Assembly (NCBI GenBank): GCA_029247315.1
Contig: JAQWLM010000067.1
Span: 465 to 64,464 of the forward strand
DNA: 64,000 nucleotides
Direction: 5' to 3'
From: Verrucomicrobiota bacterium
GTDB taxonomy: Bacteria > Verrucomicrobiota > Verrucomicrobiia > Limisphaerales > AAA164-E04
Under the pieces are notes generated by a model that was not told where the DNA came from, ran no database searches, and saw nothing but the letters and a program-made list of their open reading frames with translations. The number at the start of each line of letters is the position of its first letter. The first letter of the stretch is position 1. Positions 47,544 to 57,306 of the stretch are shown here, in pieces. The position numbers and the translations under genes are program-made.

Positions 47544-49214
47544 ATGTCTCAATTATTGAACCAGATGGTTGAGTCCCGGCAGCTATCTGCTTCTGATGCC
47601 AAATGGCTTCTGGAACGACAGGGCAGCGGGGACGAGGACCGTTACGCAACCGAGCCCGAAGTGCTGCGGTGGTTGGCCCAGGAATATGCGGTCTCGTTTA
47701 CCGACCTTGAAGAGGTGGACATCCATCGAGACGTCTTGGGACTCTTTCCAGCACGTCTACTCCTCAAAGAAGGTCTGCTTCCTCTCAAGCGCGAAAACGG
47801 AGCCGTAGACATCGCCACAAGTCGCTTGTTTGCCACCCAGGGCCTGGATACTCTCAAATCACTTACTGGCCTCAAGCTCAACCCTGTGCTGGCGCCTTCC
47901 GAGGCAATCCAGAGGGAGATTAAAAAGCGTCTTGGGGTTGGTGCAGACACCATTGACACGCTCAAGGACGATGCATCCTTCCAGATCGTTGATGAACAGG
48001 CGACGGAACACACGGACCTGGATAATGCCGCCGAGGATGCTTCCATCATCCGGTTCGTGAATCAAGTGTTGAGTGACGCCATTGACTTACGCGCCACGGA
48101 CATTCACCTGGAACCTTTCGAGGAGGAACTTCAGATTCGCTATCGCATTGATGGTGTCCTGCAGGAAGTTCCCGTACCTGCCGAGATCAAGCGTTTTCAA
48201 CCCGCCATTGTCTCCCGCGTCAAGATTCTCAGTCACCTCAATATTGCGGAGAAACGCCTTCCTCAGGACGGTCGCATCAAGTTGAAGTTACGGCAAGGTG
48301 AAGTGGATGTGCGCGTTTCTATCATCCCGATGTTGCATGGGGAGGCGGTTGTGATGCGATTACTTCGGCAAGATGGGTCGATTCCGGGACTCGATCAGAT
48401 TGGCATGGGGCAAGAGGAATTGAAGCTGTTCAAGCAAATCCTCACCATTCCCCATGGAATTTTTCTGGTAACAGGGCCTACGGGCAGCGGTAAAACCACC
48501 ACGCTTTACACTGCCTTGAACACCATCAATGACATGGCGCGCAAGATCATCACAGTGGAGGATCCGGTGGAATATCAGATCAGGGGCATCAACCAGATAC
48601 AGGTATCCGAAAAATCCGGCTTGACCTTCGCCAGGGGATTGAGGGCTATCTTGCGGCATGATCCAGATGTCGTGCTGATTGGTGAGATACGTGACGAGGA
48701 AACGGCTCGAATTGCCATTCAGGCCTCCTTGACCGGTCACCTGGTTTTCTCCACGCTTCATACCAACGACGCTCCCAGTGCCATGACTCGATTGATCGAC
48801 ATGGGTATTGAGCCATACCTCGTCGCCTCTTCGCTTGAAGGGGTGCTTGCCCAGCGACTTGTCAGGACACTCTGTCCGCATTGCCGTGAACAGGACAAGT
48901 CCGAAAGGGTCAAGGCCATGCTCGAGAGCGCGAAAATACCTCCTGGAACGCCTCTCTACAAGGCCGTCGGCTGCCGGGAATGCCGCCAGACGGGTTATCA
49001 TGGTCGGCGAGCTGTCTTCGAGATGATGGGTGTCAGCTATCCCATTCGTCAGCGTATCCTACAGAATGCTTCCAGCGGTGAACTCAAGGAACTTGCACGT
49101 AAGGAAGGCATGAGGACTTTGAGCCAGGACGGGTGGCGTCTTGTCGAGGAAGGGGTTACCACACCGGATGAGGTGATGCGTGTGGCAAAGGACGAGGTGC
49201 TTTCCAATTTGTAA
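47544..49214 (+). CDS. gspE: Type II secretion / type IV pilus assembly ATPase (GspE/PilB family)
   Basis: T2SSE_N-type N-domain, Walker A VTGPTGSGKTTT, Asp box, Walker B ..DPDVVLIGEIRD.., His box, and the tetracysteine CPHC..CRECRQTGYHGR. Confidence 0.93.
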   Translation: MSQLLNQMVESRQLSASDAKWLLERQGSGDEDRYATEPEVLRWLAQEYAVSFTDLEEVDIHRDVLGLFPARLLLKEGLLPLKRENGAVDIATSRLFATQGLDTLKSLTGLKLNPVLAPSEAIQREIKKRLGVGADTIDTLKDDASFQIVDEQATEHTDLDNAAEDASIIRFVNQVLSDAIDLRATDIHLEPFEEELQIRYRIDGVLQEVPVPAEIKRFQPAIVSRVKILSHLNIAEKRLPQDGRIKLKLRQGEVDVRVSIIPMLHGEAVVMRLLRQDGSIPGLDQIGMGQEELKLFKQILTIPHGIFLVTGPTGSGKTTTLYTALNTINDMARKIITVEDPVEYQIRGINQIQVSEKSGLTFARGLRAILRHDPDVVLIGEIRDEETARIAIQASLTGHLVFSTLHTNDAPSAMTRLIDMGIEPYLVASSLEGVLAQRLVRTLCPHCREQDKSERVKAMLESAKIPPGTPLYKAVGCRECRQTGYHGRRAVFEMMGVSYPIRQRILQNASSGELKELARKEGMRTLSQDGWRLVEEGVTTPDEVMRVAKDEVLSNL

Positions 49215-49229
49215 TCTTTTGGGGATATT

Positions 49230-50465
49230 GTGGCATCTTTTGAATACAAAGCCATCAAGGCTGACGGTCGCACCACCAATGGCTCTATTGAAGCCGGGGG
49301 TAGGCAGGATGCGTTCCGCAAGATGGAATCGCAGGGTCTCAGGCCCATCAGGCTGACTGAAAGAAAGACCGAGTCTCCCACGTCTTCCCAATCTGCCTCG
49401 CGATCCTTGCTTCCCTGGCAGTCAGGTAAAATCACCTTTAAAATGCTGGAGAATTTTACACGGCTTCTCTCCAGCCTTCTTTCCGCGGGGGTGCCTTTAA
49501 GCCGTGCCTTGGTGATCCTCTATCGGGAGGCGGCGACCCCTTCGGCAGGTGAACGTTGGAAAGCGGTGCATGACTTTGTTGTGGATGGAATGTCGCTTGC
49601 CGCCTCGATGGGGCGGTTCCCGGACACTTTTCCAAAGGTGTATGTTGCCATGGTGGAAGCAGGCGAAACGGGGGGGTTTCTCGATATCGTGCTTGGCCAG
49701 ATTGCGGATTTCCAGTCACGTGACAAGGAGCTGCGGGGAAAGGTGCTGTCGGCGATGATTTATCCGGTTGTACTGCTTTTCCTTGCCTTGGCCGTCTTGG
49801 TATTTTTGATGGTTTTCTTCATCCCACGCTTCAAGGTTTTGTTTGAGGGGTTCGATGCCGCTTTGCCCTTGCTGACGCAGGTGATCGTCGGTTGCAGTGC
49901 CTTTTGCCAAACGTATGGTTTTTTTATTCTCATCGGTGTTGGGATTGCTGGCGTCGTTTTTCGTAACTGGTTAGCTACTAATAATGGGCGTCGTCGGTTT
50001 GAACAGGTCATGCTCAACCTTCCTGTCATTGGGCCTCTGAATGCTCAGTTTGCCATGGCGCGTTTCTGTCGTATGTTGGGCACTCTACTGAATGCAGGCG
50101 TTCCTTTGATTCAAGGATTGAACGTTGCGCGCCGTTCAATAGGGAATCAAATTCTGGTGGACGCTGTTTCAGATTCAATCGAGCGCGTTAAAAAGGGAGA
50201 TTCCCTGGCGCGCAGCTTATCAGACTGCCGGGTTCTGTTTCATGGTTCCATCCTTGAAATGATTTCGGTGGCGGAGGAAAGCGGCCGATTGGACGACGAG
50301 TTGATTCGACTGGCCGCGACCACTGAAAAGGAGCTGGATCAGCAGTTGAAGATGGCAGTCTCACTGATGGAGCCTCTGATGCTGTTCCTGATTGCTGGCT
50401 TCATAGGAACGATTTTTATCGGAATGGTGATTCCTATCTTCACCATTCAGGACTACATTAAATAA
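49230..50465 (+). CDS. gspF: Type II secretion inner-membrane platform protein (GspF/PilC family)
   Basis: Two GspF repeats (..LSSLLSAGVPLSRAL.. and ..LGTLLNAGVPLIQGL..) and three TM segments. GTG start 15 nt after gspE. Confidence 0.92.
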   Translation: MASFEYKAIKADGRTTNGSIEAGGRQDAFRKMESQGLRPIRLTERKTESPTSSQSASRSLLPWQSGKITFKMLENFTRLLSSLLSAGVPLSRALVILYREAATPSAGERWKAVHDFVVDGMSLAASMGRFPDTFPKVYVAMVEAGETGGFLDIVLGQIADFQSRDKELRGKVLSAMIYPVVLLFLALAVLVFLMVFFIPRFKVLFEGFDAALPLLTQVIVGCSAFCQTYGFFILIGVGIAGVVFRNWLATNNGRRRFEQVMLNLPVIGPLNAQFAMARFCRMLGTLLNAGVPLIQGLNVARRSIGNQILVDAVSDSIERVKKGDSLARSLSDCRVLFHGSILEMISVAEESGRLDDELIRLAATTEKELDQQLKMAVSLMEPLMLFLIAGFIGTIFIGMVIPIFTIQDYIK

Positions 50466-50488
50466 AAGACCCTCACCCAAAACGGATT

Positions 50489-50944
50489 ATGATACTAACA
50501 AAGCTGACTCACGACGCACATCGCCATCACTCAAAAGGCTTCACATTGGTGGAGATGCTGTTGGTATTGGTTATTCTGGCCGCACTCGCTGCCGTGGTCG
50601 TGCCCAAGTTTGCAGGTAGATCCCAGCAGGCCAAGGAGACGGCAGCGCGCAGCCAGATTGCGAACCTCGAAATTGCGCTCGACATGTTTGAGACTGACAA
50701 TGGGTATTACCCTGCTGGCAGTGACGGCATGAATGAACTGATTGATGAGCCTAACAACGCCACCAGCTGGCAGGGCCCTTACCTCAAAAAGGGGATCCCA
50801 ATCGATCCATGGGGTAATGATTACGTGTATGAGTTTCCAGGTAAACAAAACAACGCGGGATACGACATCATGTCCATGGGGCCCGATGGGCGTGTGGGTG
50901 GAACCGACGATATTTCAAATTGGGATTACCAGAAAAGGGACTGA
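50489..50944 (+). CDS. gspG: Major pseudopilin GspG
   Basis: Motifs KG|FTLVEMLLVLVILAALAAVVVPKF.., ..AKETAARSQI..LE.AL.MF..DNG.YP.., ..WQGPYLKK..IDPWGN.YVY..PG..G.YDI.S.G.DG..GG.DDI.NW. Confidence 0.93.
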   Translation: MILTKLTHDAHRHHSKGFTLVEMLLVLVILAALAAVVVPKFAGRSQQAKETAARSQIANLEIALDMFETDNGYYPAGSDGMNELIDEPNNATSWQGPYLKKGIPIDPWGNDYVYEFPGKQNNAGYDIMSMGPDGRVGGTDDISNWDYQKRD

Positions 50945-51015
50945 TGCCGCTTGCGATGGGAAGTTGGTGCTTCATCCGTATGATGTGCCTCATGCCGGAT
51001 ACCATGTAATATGAT

Positions 51016-51600
51016 ATGAAAACAAATGCTTCGGCACGTGCTATCCACAATCGAGTGAAGAGATCCTGGCAGGGTTTCACGCTTGTGGAGCTTATCATGG
51101 TCATGGTGGTGCTTGCGAGTATCATGGCTGTTTCGGCTCCATCCCTGAATCAGTTTTTTAAGCATTCGACGCTGAATGATGAGGCGCGTCGCATGGTGGG
51201 TTTGCTTGAAATGGCACGACGTGAAGCCATCTCCAACGGATTTCCCATGCAGGTGTGGTTTGACATTGAAAACCAATGGTTTGGCATACGAGAACTCTCC
51301 GGCACAGGATCGGGAGTGAATGAGGCCACGGGGCAGCAAGAGACAGAGGGCCGTTTCTTTTATCAGATTCACAGTCAATTGGAACTCGAGCTGGATCGCA
51401 CCCTGCCCAATATGAGTCTGCTTCCGAGTATTATTTACTTCCCTGATGGCCTTATGGAGGAAACAAGTCTGAGGGGTTTTTATCTGAAGAACCGGAAGCG
51501 TGAGGATCAACGCCTACAAATTGCCCGCAGTCTCAACGGATTGAGTTATGAGATCCGAAAAGCCGATGAAATGCTCCTTATCCAGAACGAGATTTTCTAG
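51016..51600 (+). CDS. gspH: Minor pseudopilin, GspH-like
   Basis: QG|FTLVELIMVMVVLASIMAVSAPSL, followed by ..DEARRMVGLLEMARREAISNG.. (GspH domain pattern). Confidence 0.8.
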   Translation: MKTNASARAIHNRVKRSWQGFTLVELIMVMVVLASIMAVSAPSLNQFFKHSTLNDEARRMVGLLEMARREAISNGFPMQVWFDIENQWFGIRELSGTGSGVNEATGQQETEGRFFYQIHSQLELELDRTLPNMSLLPSIIYFPDGLMEETSLRGFYLKNRKREDQRLQIARSLNGLSYEIRKADEMLLIQNEIF

Positions 51601-51970
51601 GGAGAACCTGTCTCGTGGTGGTTTTACTTTCGCCGAGGTGCTTGCCGCACTCGTGTTTCTGGGTATCCTCTTACCTGTGGTGATGCAGGGCCTTGTCCTG
51701 GCAAATCGTGCTTCCATACTTGCAGAGCGCAAGCGCATTGCAACCCATCTGGGTGATGGGCTTCTTACGGAACTGGTGGCGACTGACGACTGGCAATTTG
51801 CCGCCAGTCGCGGCAATTTCCAGCCAGAGCACATGGAATACCAGTGGGAACTGGTTCAGTCCGGATGGTTCGAGGGCGACATGCTTCAGTTGACGGTGAG
51901 GGTCACCTTTCCCGTCCAGGGGCGTCCCTATCAGGTAGAACTCGCCACATTGGTAGATAATTCATCATAA
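51548..51970 (+). CDS. gspI: Minor pseudopilin, GspI-like
   Basis: GG|FTFAEVLAALVFLGILLPVVMQGL..ANRA. Small size typical of GspI. The start is uncertain (ATG at 51548 or 51566) and overlaps the gspH end. Confidence 0.75.
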   Translation: MRSEKPMKCSLSRTRFSRENLSRGGFTFAEVLAALVFLGILLPVVMQGLVLANRASILAERKRIATHLGDGLLTELVATDDWQFAASRGNFQPEHMEYQWELVQSGWFEGDMLQLTVRVTFPVQGRPYQVELATLVDNSS

Positions 51971-51974
51971 TGAC

Positions 51975-52724
51975 ATGAAAGTGGGTTTTGATGCATCCTT
52001 TCGTGCTCGCCAGGGCTTCACCCTGCTGGAAATCCTCGTTGCCAGTGTAGCGTTTGCCATGATTGTCATGGTCATCAAGGTGACCCTGATGGAATCCATG
52101 GATTTACGTGATCGCCGGCTGGAGCGCATGGAAAAAATGAATACCAGGATGCGCTTGATCGAGATCATGCAGGTGGACTTGAGGCAATGTTTATTGACCG
52201 AGACGGACCTCGCTCCCAGCTTTTTAGGAGATTCTTCCAATGGAGGCATACAGCGTGCCGATCAGTTGGAGTTTTACGCCTGCAGCGGTGTTATCCTGAC
52301 AAACCAGCCTTGGGGACATCTACAGAAAATACGTTACTACCTTGGCGACCCCATGGACGATGGGCGTGAGGAACTTCCTGAAGGCATGTCCCTATACAGG
52401 GAAACAACGCGCAATCTATTGGCTTCCTCTCAGCAAACAATCCAGCCGATGCCCATTGCCAACGGACTCGCCTCACTCGCGTTTCAATACTATGATGGAA
52501 CGGTCTGGCACGACAACTGGGACTCAGCTTCGGAAGTTTCCAAACTCCCTGTGGCCGTTCGCATCCGTCTGGAGTTTGTTGATGATTCCGAGGATATGTC
52601 GTCCATTCAAGCAGCCAAGGCCCGGAAAAGGGGGTTGTCATCCGTGCAGACCACGGTTGCATTAATGGCAACTCCCAAGGTGGATGAAAGCGAGGATGCA
52701 GAGATGCCCGAGGAGGGCTCCTGA
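51975..52724 (+). CDS. gspJ: Minor pseudopilin, GspJ-like
   Basis: QG|FTLLEILVASVAFAMIVMVI. About 250 aa, with the typical C-terminal ..LPVAVRIRLEF.. strand. Confidence 0.75.
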   Translation: MKVGFDASFRARQGFTLLEILVASVAFAMIVMVIKVTLMESMDLRDRRLERMEKMNTRMRLIEIMQVDLRQCLLTETDLAPSFLGDSSNGGIQRADQLEFYACSGVILTNQPWGHLQKIRYYLGDPMDDGREELPEGMSLYRETTRNLLASSQQTIQPMPIANGLASLAFQYYDGTVWHDNWDSASEVSKLPVAVRIRLEFVDDSEDMSSIQAAKARKRGLSSVQTTVALMATPKVDESEDAEMPEEGS

Positions 52725-52746
52725 GGGACTGAAAGCAAGGCGCGAT

Positions 52747-53418
52747 ATGAACCATTCTCAAAGCATTCATTGTTCGAAATGTGGCAGGGTGATCGAGTAT
52801 CCCATTGAAAAAGAAGGGGCCACGGGCTGGTGCCCGGATTGCGATCACCAAGTCTGGTATTCACAACTCAGCGAGGATGTTCTACAAGGTCGTAGAACGC
52901 ACCGGAGTGATCGATCTGGCGCAGCGGTGCCATCGAGAGGGCCCGCCCCCAGTTGGTGGGCAGTGGGCATGCTTGGGTTCCTGGTTGTATGTAATCTTCT
53001 GCTTGGTTACATGGTGATTGGCTTGAGGGGCCAGGTCGGCCAGATAATGAACGGATCAACTTCCAGCCATGAGACGGCAGAAGCGCAGCCTTCGCTGGTC
53101 GTTATGACTCAAGGTAGCAAACCCATGCTGCAGGGGGTGTTAAGTCGTCAGGGCCATGAAATCGCCCTGACGGAGGCCCTGAGCCTTCTGCATGGTGAAA
53201 TGGTGACCAATCTCGATGAAAACAGAATACAACTTGCCGACCAGTCCAGTCGCCTGGAGCACCTGATGGAAGCATCCAGCGATCTGAACATTGCAATTGA
53301 AATCATGGTCGAGGAAGTTACAAACCTTGCCATCAGACTCGAGCAGCTTTCCAACGATTTCTCTGGCTTGGATGAGCAACAAACCAGCATGCAGGAAGGT
53401 TCTGATGCACTGGATTAG
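52747..53418 (+). CDS. Hypothetical bitopic protein: N-terminal zinc ribbon, one TM helix, coiled-coil C-terminal domain
   Basis: CSKCG..(x17)..CPDCD, hydrophobic WWAVGMLGFLVVCNLLLGYMVIGL, then heptad-like ..LEHLMEASSDLNIAIEIMVEEVTNLAIRLEQLSNDF... Sits between gspJ and gspK. Internal ATG of ORF 52684-53418. Confidence 0.6.
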   Translation: MNHSQSIHCSKCGRVIEYPIEKEGATGWCPDCDHQVWYSQLSEDVLQGRRTHRSDRSGAAVPSRGPAPSWWAVGMLGFLVVCNLLLGYMVIGLRGQVGQIMNGSTSSHETAEAQPSLVVMTQGSKPMLQGVLSRQGHEIALTEALSLLHGEMVTNLDENRIQLADQSSRLEHLMEASSDLNIAIEIMVEEVTNLAIRLEQLSNDFSGLDEQQTSMQEGSDALD

Positions 53419-53547
53419 CCAGATGCCAGGTTATGTGGAAGGATGTCGGGCAGGGGGGGCTCTCCCAGAAAGTTGTAACCAACACCGGATGATCAACGTC
53501 TCACCTTGGACGTTCACCAGAACGATGCAGAGGACACCTTGGAAATC

Positions 53548-54732
53548 ATGAACATCAGGACATCATGCGACCCTGCACGAGAGCAACGGACACAAGGTTC
53601 GGTGCTGATCGTAGTCATGTGGGTTGCATTGGGACTGGTGACAGTGACCCTTTATTTTGCCCATTCGATGTATTTTGAGTTCAAGGCGGCACAAAACAAT
53701 TACGAAGGCACTCAGGCCAGGCATGCCGTTGAAGGGGCCTTGCGTTATGCCGTCTATCTCCTTGCCAATCAGGAGGAATCAGGGGCCTTGCCTGATCCTG
53801 AGACCTATATTGCCGAGAGAGGTGAGGTAGGGGAAGCTACCTTCTGGTTTCTTGGACGGGACGATTTAAACAACACCACAACCTTGCCTTTTTTCTCGAT
53901 TGCCGATGAGGGAGCCAAGCTCAACTTAAACCTCGCTACCCAGGAAATGCTGGAGCTTCTTCCCAGCATGCCGCTTGATTTTGCCGCTGCCATCGTTGAC
54001 TGGCGGGATGAGGATGAGGAGGCCTCTGAAGGAGGGGGTGCCGAGTCGGATGTCTATGCACGCCTGAATCCTTCTCGACTGGTCAAGAATGCACCTTTTG
54101 ACAGCGTAGATGAACTTATGCTTGTCCATGGTGCGGACCCTCAGGTGGTCTATGGAGAGGATGCCAACATGAACGGGTTGCTGGACCCCAACGAAAACGA
54201 CGGAGATCGTACTCCTCCGGTGGATGATGCCGATGGCATCCTTGACTTCGGACTGGTGGAATACCTGACCGTTTACGGTGCCATGCCGCAAGAGGAGGGT
54301 CAGGATTCTGATAGTCCCAACAACGATTCGGAAGATCAGCAGACACTCATGGTCAATGTGAACTCTGCCAGTGCGGCTGTGCTTGCCTGCCTTCCGGGGA
54401 TGGACGATCAAAAAGCGCAGCAAATCGTTGCCTACCGAAACAGCCTTACAGGATTGGGGGTTGATACGGAATGGGTCAATGAGGCATTGGAGGAGGAGAA
54501 CTTTTCCCAGACAGAACCTTATCTCACGGGTGCCGCTTCCCACTACAGGATTGATGTCGCTGCAGTCGGAAGGCAGGGCAAGGGTTTTCGTAGGACGCAG
54601 TTCGTCGTGGACATGACCGGCGAGGAGCCCTTGATCGTTCATCGGAAAGACCTGGAGCGACGAGGCTGGGCACTGGGTCAAAGCCTGCGCGAACAATTGA
54701 ACTATGATTTTCAACAGCAAGGTCAAAGATAA
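53548..54732 (+). CDS. gspK: Minor pseudopilin GspK-like
   Basis: QGSVLIVVMWVALGLVTVTL (no Glu5, as in GspK), ..LNLNLATQEMLELLP..AAAIVDWRDEDEE.., ..FDSVDELMLVHG.., and ..VNVNSASAAVLACLPGMDDQKAQQIVAYR.. (HhH). Confidence 0.82.
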   Translation: MNIRTSCDPAREQRTQGSVLIVVMWVALGLVTVTLYFAHSMYFEFKAAQNNYEGTQARHAVEGALRYAVYLLANQEESGALPDPETYIAERGEVGEATFWFLGRDDLNNTTTLPFFSIADEGAKLNLNLATQEMLELLPSMPLDFAAAIVDWRDEDEEASEGGGAESDVYARLNPSRLVKNAPFDSVDELMLVHGADPQVVYGEDANMNGLLDPNENDGDRTPPVDDADGILDFGLVEYLTVYGAMPQEEGQDSDSPNNDSEDQQTLMVNVNSASAAVLACLPGMDDQKAQQIVAYRNSLTGLGVDTEWVNEALEEENFSQTEPYLTGAASHYRIDVAAVGRQGKGFRRTQFVVDMTGEEPLIVHRKDLERRGWALGQSLREQLNYDFQQQGQR

Positions 54733-56099
54733 TGGGGTGGAGACAAGGTAAACCTGCCAGCGTGGTAAGTCTGGACTGGCAGCACGATACACTTCAGTTT
54801 GAGAGTGTGCGCAAGGCCGGGCAGGGGTGCCGTTCTGTGACACAGGGTTCCATGGTGCTTCCTGAGAATGTCTTTGAAGAAGATGCGGAAACCCTTGGGG
54901 CTGCGCTGCGGACAAAGCTGGATGCCGCAGGGATCAAGGAGAAGGGAGCCATTTGCTCCCTTCCCATCGCCTGGTTGTTTGGGGTGCGAACCGAGGTCCC
55001 TCAATTGAGTGGGGAAGATCTTGAGTTTTTCTTCCAGACACAGGCTGAGCGTGCCTTTCCCTTACCTCTGGATGAACTGTGCATTTCCAGATCGCAATTT
55101 ACTTCTTCTGAAGGAAAGCAACACGCTTTCATTATGGCCATCGCGGTGCATCGACTCGATCACCTTAGTCGGGTAATGCAAGCCGCCGGATTACAACCTC
55201 TGAGCTGGTCTCTCAATTCCGCCAGTCCCTCGTTTCTCCAATCTCTTCCGGAGAAAAATGCCCTTTGTATATGTTCAAAACCCCATGGGTTCGATTTGAT
55301 CGTGGTGCTTGGGCAGCGCCTCGCATTGGCTCGGTCCCTGAGCGAGACTGACAGTTCCGGGCAGATCGCCCGTGAGGTCAAGATCAGTCTTGGGGAGTTG
55401 GATGCGGATATTCAGGCTTCCGTCGATGCCTTCTACCATTGTGCTGAGTGGGATGTTGATGAGGGGGCAATTCCGGAAATAACCAAGACCTTTGATGGTT
55501 TGGCCAAGCGATTGGACCTGGAATACAAATCTGTTTCAAGGAAACAAACGGCTGCCCTGGATCTGGGGGCCGATTTTCTGCTCAATCGAGCCAATCCATT
55601 CGAATTCCTGCCTCCCAAAGTCAGTCCCTTTGAAGAGTGGACCCAAACATTTTCTACAGGCCGTAACAAATGGTTGGGAACTGCCACGGTTGCTGTTGTG
55701 TTTACCCTGTGCCTTTTGTTTTTCTGGAAGAGTCAAACCCTCAAGGGGCTTGAGGAGGAGTGGTTGGCGATGGAGGAGCAGGTGGGTGAACTGGAGGGAT
55801 TGCAGGAGCGTATCCGGCTCTATCGTCCATGGTATGACGAAAGCATCCCGAGCCTGAAGCTTATTCAACACCTCACTCAGGCCTTTCCGGAACAAGGCGA
55901 GGTCTGGGTCAGGGAGCTTGAAATTCGAGATGCTTCTACAGTGGTATGCTCCGGGTTTGCGCGCAATCAACGTGCCTGGCTTGATATGTTCGAAAAACTT
56001 CGCATGTCTCCACAAGTAAAGGATCTGACACTGGGCTATCTTCGCGAGGACAAGCAGCAGGAGTTTTCTTTTCAATACCGTTGGGAGGCCAAGCCATGA
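54732..56099 (+). CDS. PilM-like actin-fold domain fused through one TM helix to a PilN-like domain (GspL analogue)
   Basis: Cytoplasmic ~300 aa with a PilM/GspL-like pattern, TM WLGTATVAVVFTLCLLFFW, then a coiled-coil/ferredoxin-like periplasmic part. The ATG overlaps the gspK stop by 1 nt. Confidence 0.65.
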   Translation: MGWRQGKPASVVSLDWQHDTLQFESVRKAGQGCRSVTQGSMVLPENVFEEDAETLGAALRTKLDAAGIKEKGAICSLPIAWLFGVRTEVPQLSGEDLEFFFQTQAERAFPLPLDELCISRSQFTSSEGKQHAFIMAIAVHRLDHLSRVMQAAGLQPLSWSLNSASPSFLQSLPEKNALCICSKPHGFDLIVVLGQRLALARSLSETDSSGQIAREVKISLGELDADIQASVDAFYHCAEWDVDEGAIPEITKTFDGLAKRLDLEYKSVSRKQTAALDLGADFLLNRANPFEFLPPKVSPFEEWTQTFSTGRNKWLGTATVAVVFTLCLLFFWKSQTLKGLEEEWLAMEEQVGELEGLQERIRLYRPWYDESIPSLKLIQHLTQAFPEQGEVWVRELEIRDASTVVCSGFARNQRAWLDMFEKLRMSPQVKDLTLGYLREDKQQEFSFQYRWEAKP

Positions 56100-56629
56100 A
56101 CAAAGTAAGCCGGGAGAAAAAACTTTTGATCGTTGCTGTGTCTGCGGTGGTGATCCTTTTTGGAGATAAATTTCTGGTTAGCCCGATGTTGGGGGCCTGG
56201 GAAAATCGTTCTAACCAGATTCTGGAACTTGAAAAAAAATTGGTTCGTGGTCGGGCCCTCATGAAAAGGGAATCGAACATACGGCGTCAATGGATGTCCA
56301 TGTGGCAGGGGGGTATGCCTCTCAATAAATCGGTCTCAGAAAACAAGGTGCTTGAATCCGTGGATCGTTGGGCAAGCGAAAGCCGGATCAGTTTTACATC
56401 CATCAAACCCAACTGGCGTGTCTCAGAGCAGGGACACCTCACCCTTGAGTGTCGCGCCAATGGCTATGGAAACCTTGACAAGATTACGCGCTTTGTCCAC
56501 GCCCTCGAGTCGGATCCCATGGCCTTACGAGTGGACTCCTTGGAATTGACACAGCGGAATGAAGAGGGATCCGTCATCGGTATGAACATCAACTTCAGCG
56601 GTTTATTACTAACGGAGGCATTGAAATGA
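56096..56629 (+). CDS. PilO/GspM-like bitopic assembly protein
   Basis: Short N-terminus, TM LLIVAVSAVVILFG, a coiled coil, and an alpha/beta C-domain. 4-nt ATGA overlap with the upstream gene. Confidence 0.6.
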   Translation: MNKVSREKKLLIVAVSAVVILFGDKFLVSPMLGAWENRSNQILELEKKLVRGRALMKRESNIRRQWMSMWQGGMPLNKSVSENKVLESVDRWASESRISFTSIKPNWRVSEQGHLTLECRANGYGNLDKITRFVHALESDPMALRVDSLELTQRNEEGSVIGMNINFSGLLLTEALK

Positions 56630-57306
56630 CCCGCACAACGTCACATTGGGAGGAAACGATATCTATACGACGGGGCAGGGTATGTCTTGTCTTGATGGCC
56701 TTACTGCTTGGCTTATCACAGGTATCCATGGGAGATGACGTGGTTTCAGCTGTGGAAACTGACATCGCTGAACAAGCCCCGGAGGGGGATGATGCTCAAG
56801 AAAAAAATACCACGGAAGAGTCTGTTTCAATGAACGATTTCAGTTCCTTTAATTTGATACTGGAGCGCAACATTTTTGATCCTGATCGAAGGGGACCAAG
56901 GAAACGGGAAGTCAAGGAAACCAAACCCAAACCACCCCTCAAAGATTCTTTTACACTCTTGGGTACCATGTCATACGAGGGGAAACAGTTTGCCTTCTTC
57001 GGTGCCTCGGACTCATCCTGGGCTGGGGCATTCAAACCGGGCGATTCGCTTGCGGACCATACCCTGGCTCAGATCAAATTTGACCGGGTGATTCTTCAAT
57101 GGGGCGACGATACGATTGACTTCGCCGTTGGGGATGCTCGCTTTCGGTATGGTGATACTCCCTGGAATACCCAGAATGGCTTGAGCGCTGGGTCTGAGGA
57201 TCAAGCCTTGGATTCCCCCGCCGATGTCTCCGAGGTTTCTAAACTGGAGGGAAACGATTTATTGAAACAATTGATGGAACGTAGAAAGCAGGAATTGGCA
57301 AAATGA
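56626..57306 (+). CDS. GspC (HR-domain)/PilP-like protein, no PDZ
   Basis: TM/signal VCLVLMALLLGL, ..ILERNIFDP.., then a beta-rich ..FTLLGTMSYEGKQFAFFGAS..FKPGDSLADHTLAQIKFDRVILQWGDDTIDF... 4-nt overlaps on both sides. Confidence 0.6.
   Translation: MTRTTSHWEETISIRRGRVCLVLMALLLGLSQVSMGDDVVSAVETDIAEQAPEGDDAQEKNTTEESVSMNDFSSFNLILERNIFDPDRRGPRKREVKETKPKPPLKDSFTLLGTMSYEGKQFAFFGASDSSWAGAFKPGDSLADHTLAQIKFDRVILQWGDDTIDFAVGDARFRYGDTPWNTQNGLSAGSEDQALDSPADVSEVSKLEGNDLLKQLMERRKQELAK

Noticed and set aside
53926-54915. 329-aa ORF on the minus strand
   Set aside because: It lies entirely antisense to gspK and the start of the PilM-PilN-like gene. Its composition is Arg/His/Pro/Gln-rich with no recognisable motif. 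The plus-strand genes have clear family signatures, so this is a shadow ORF.
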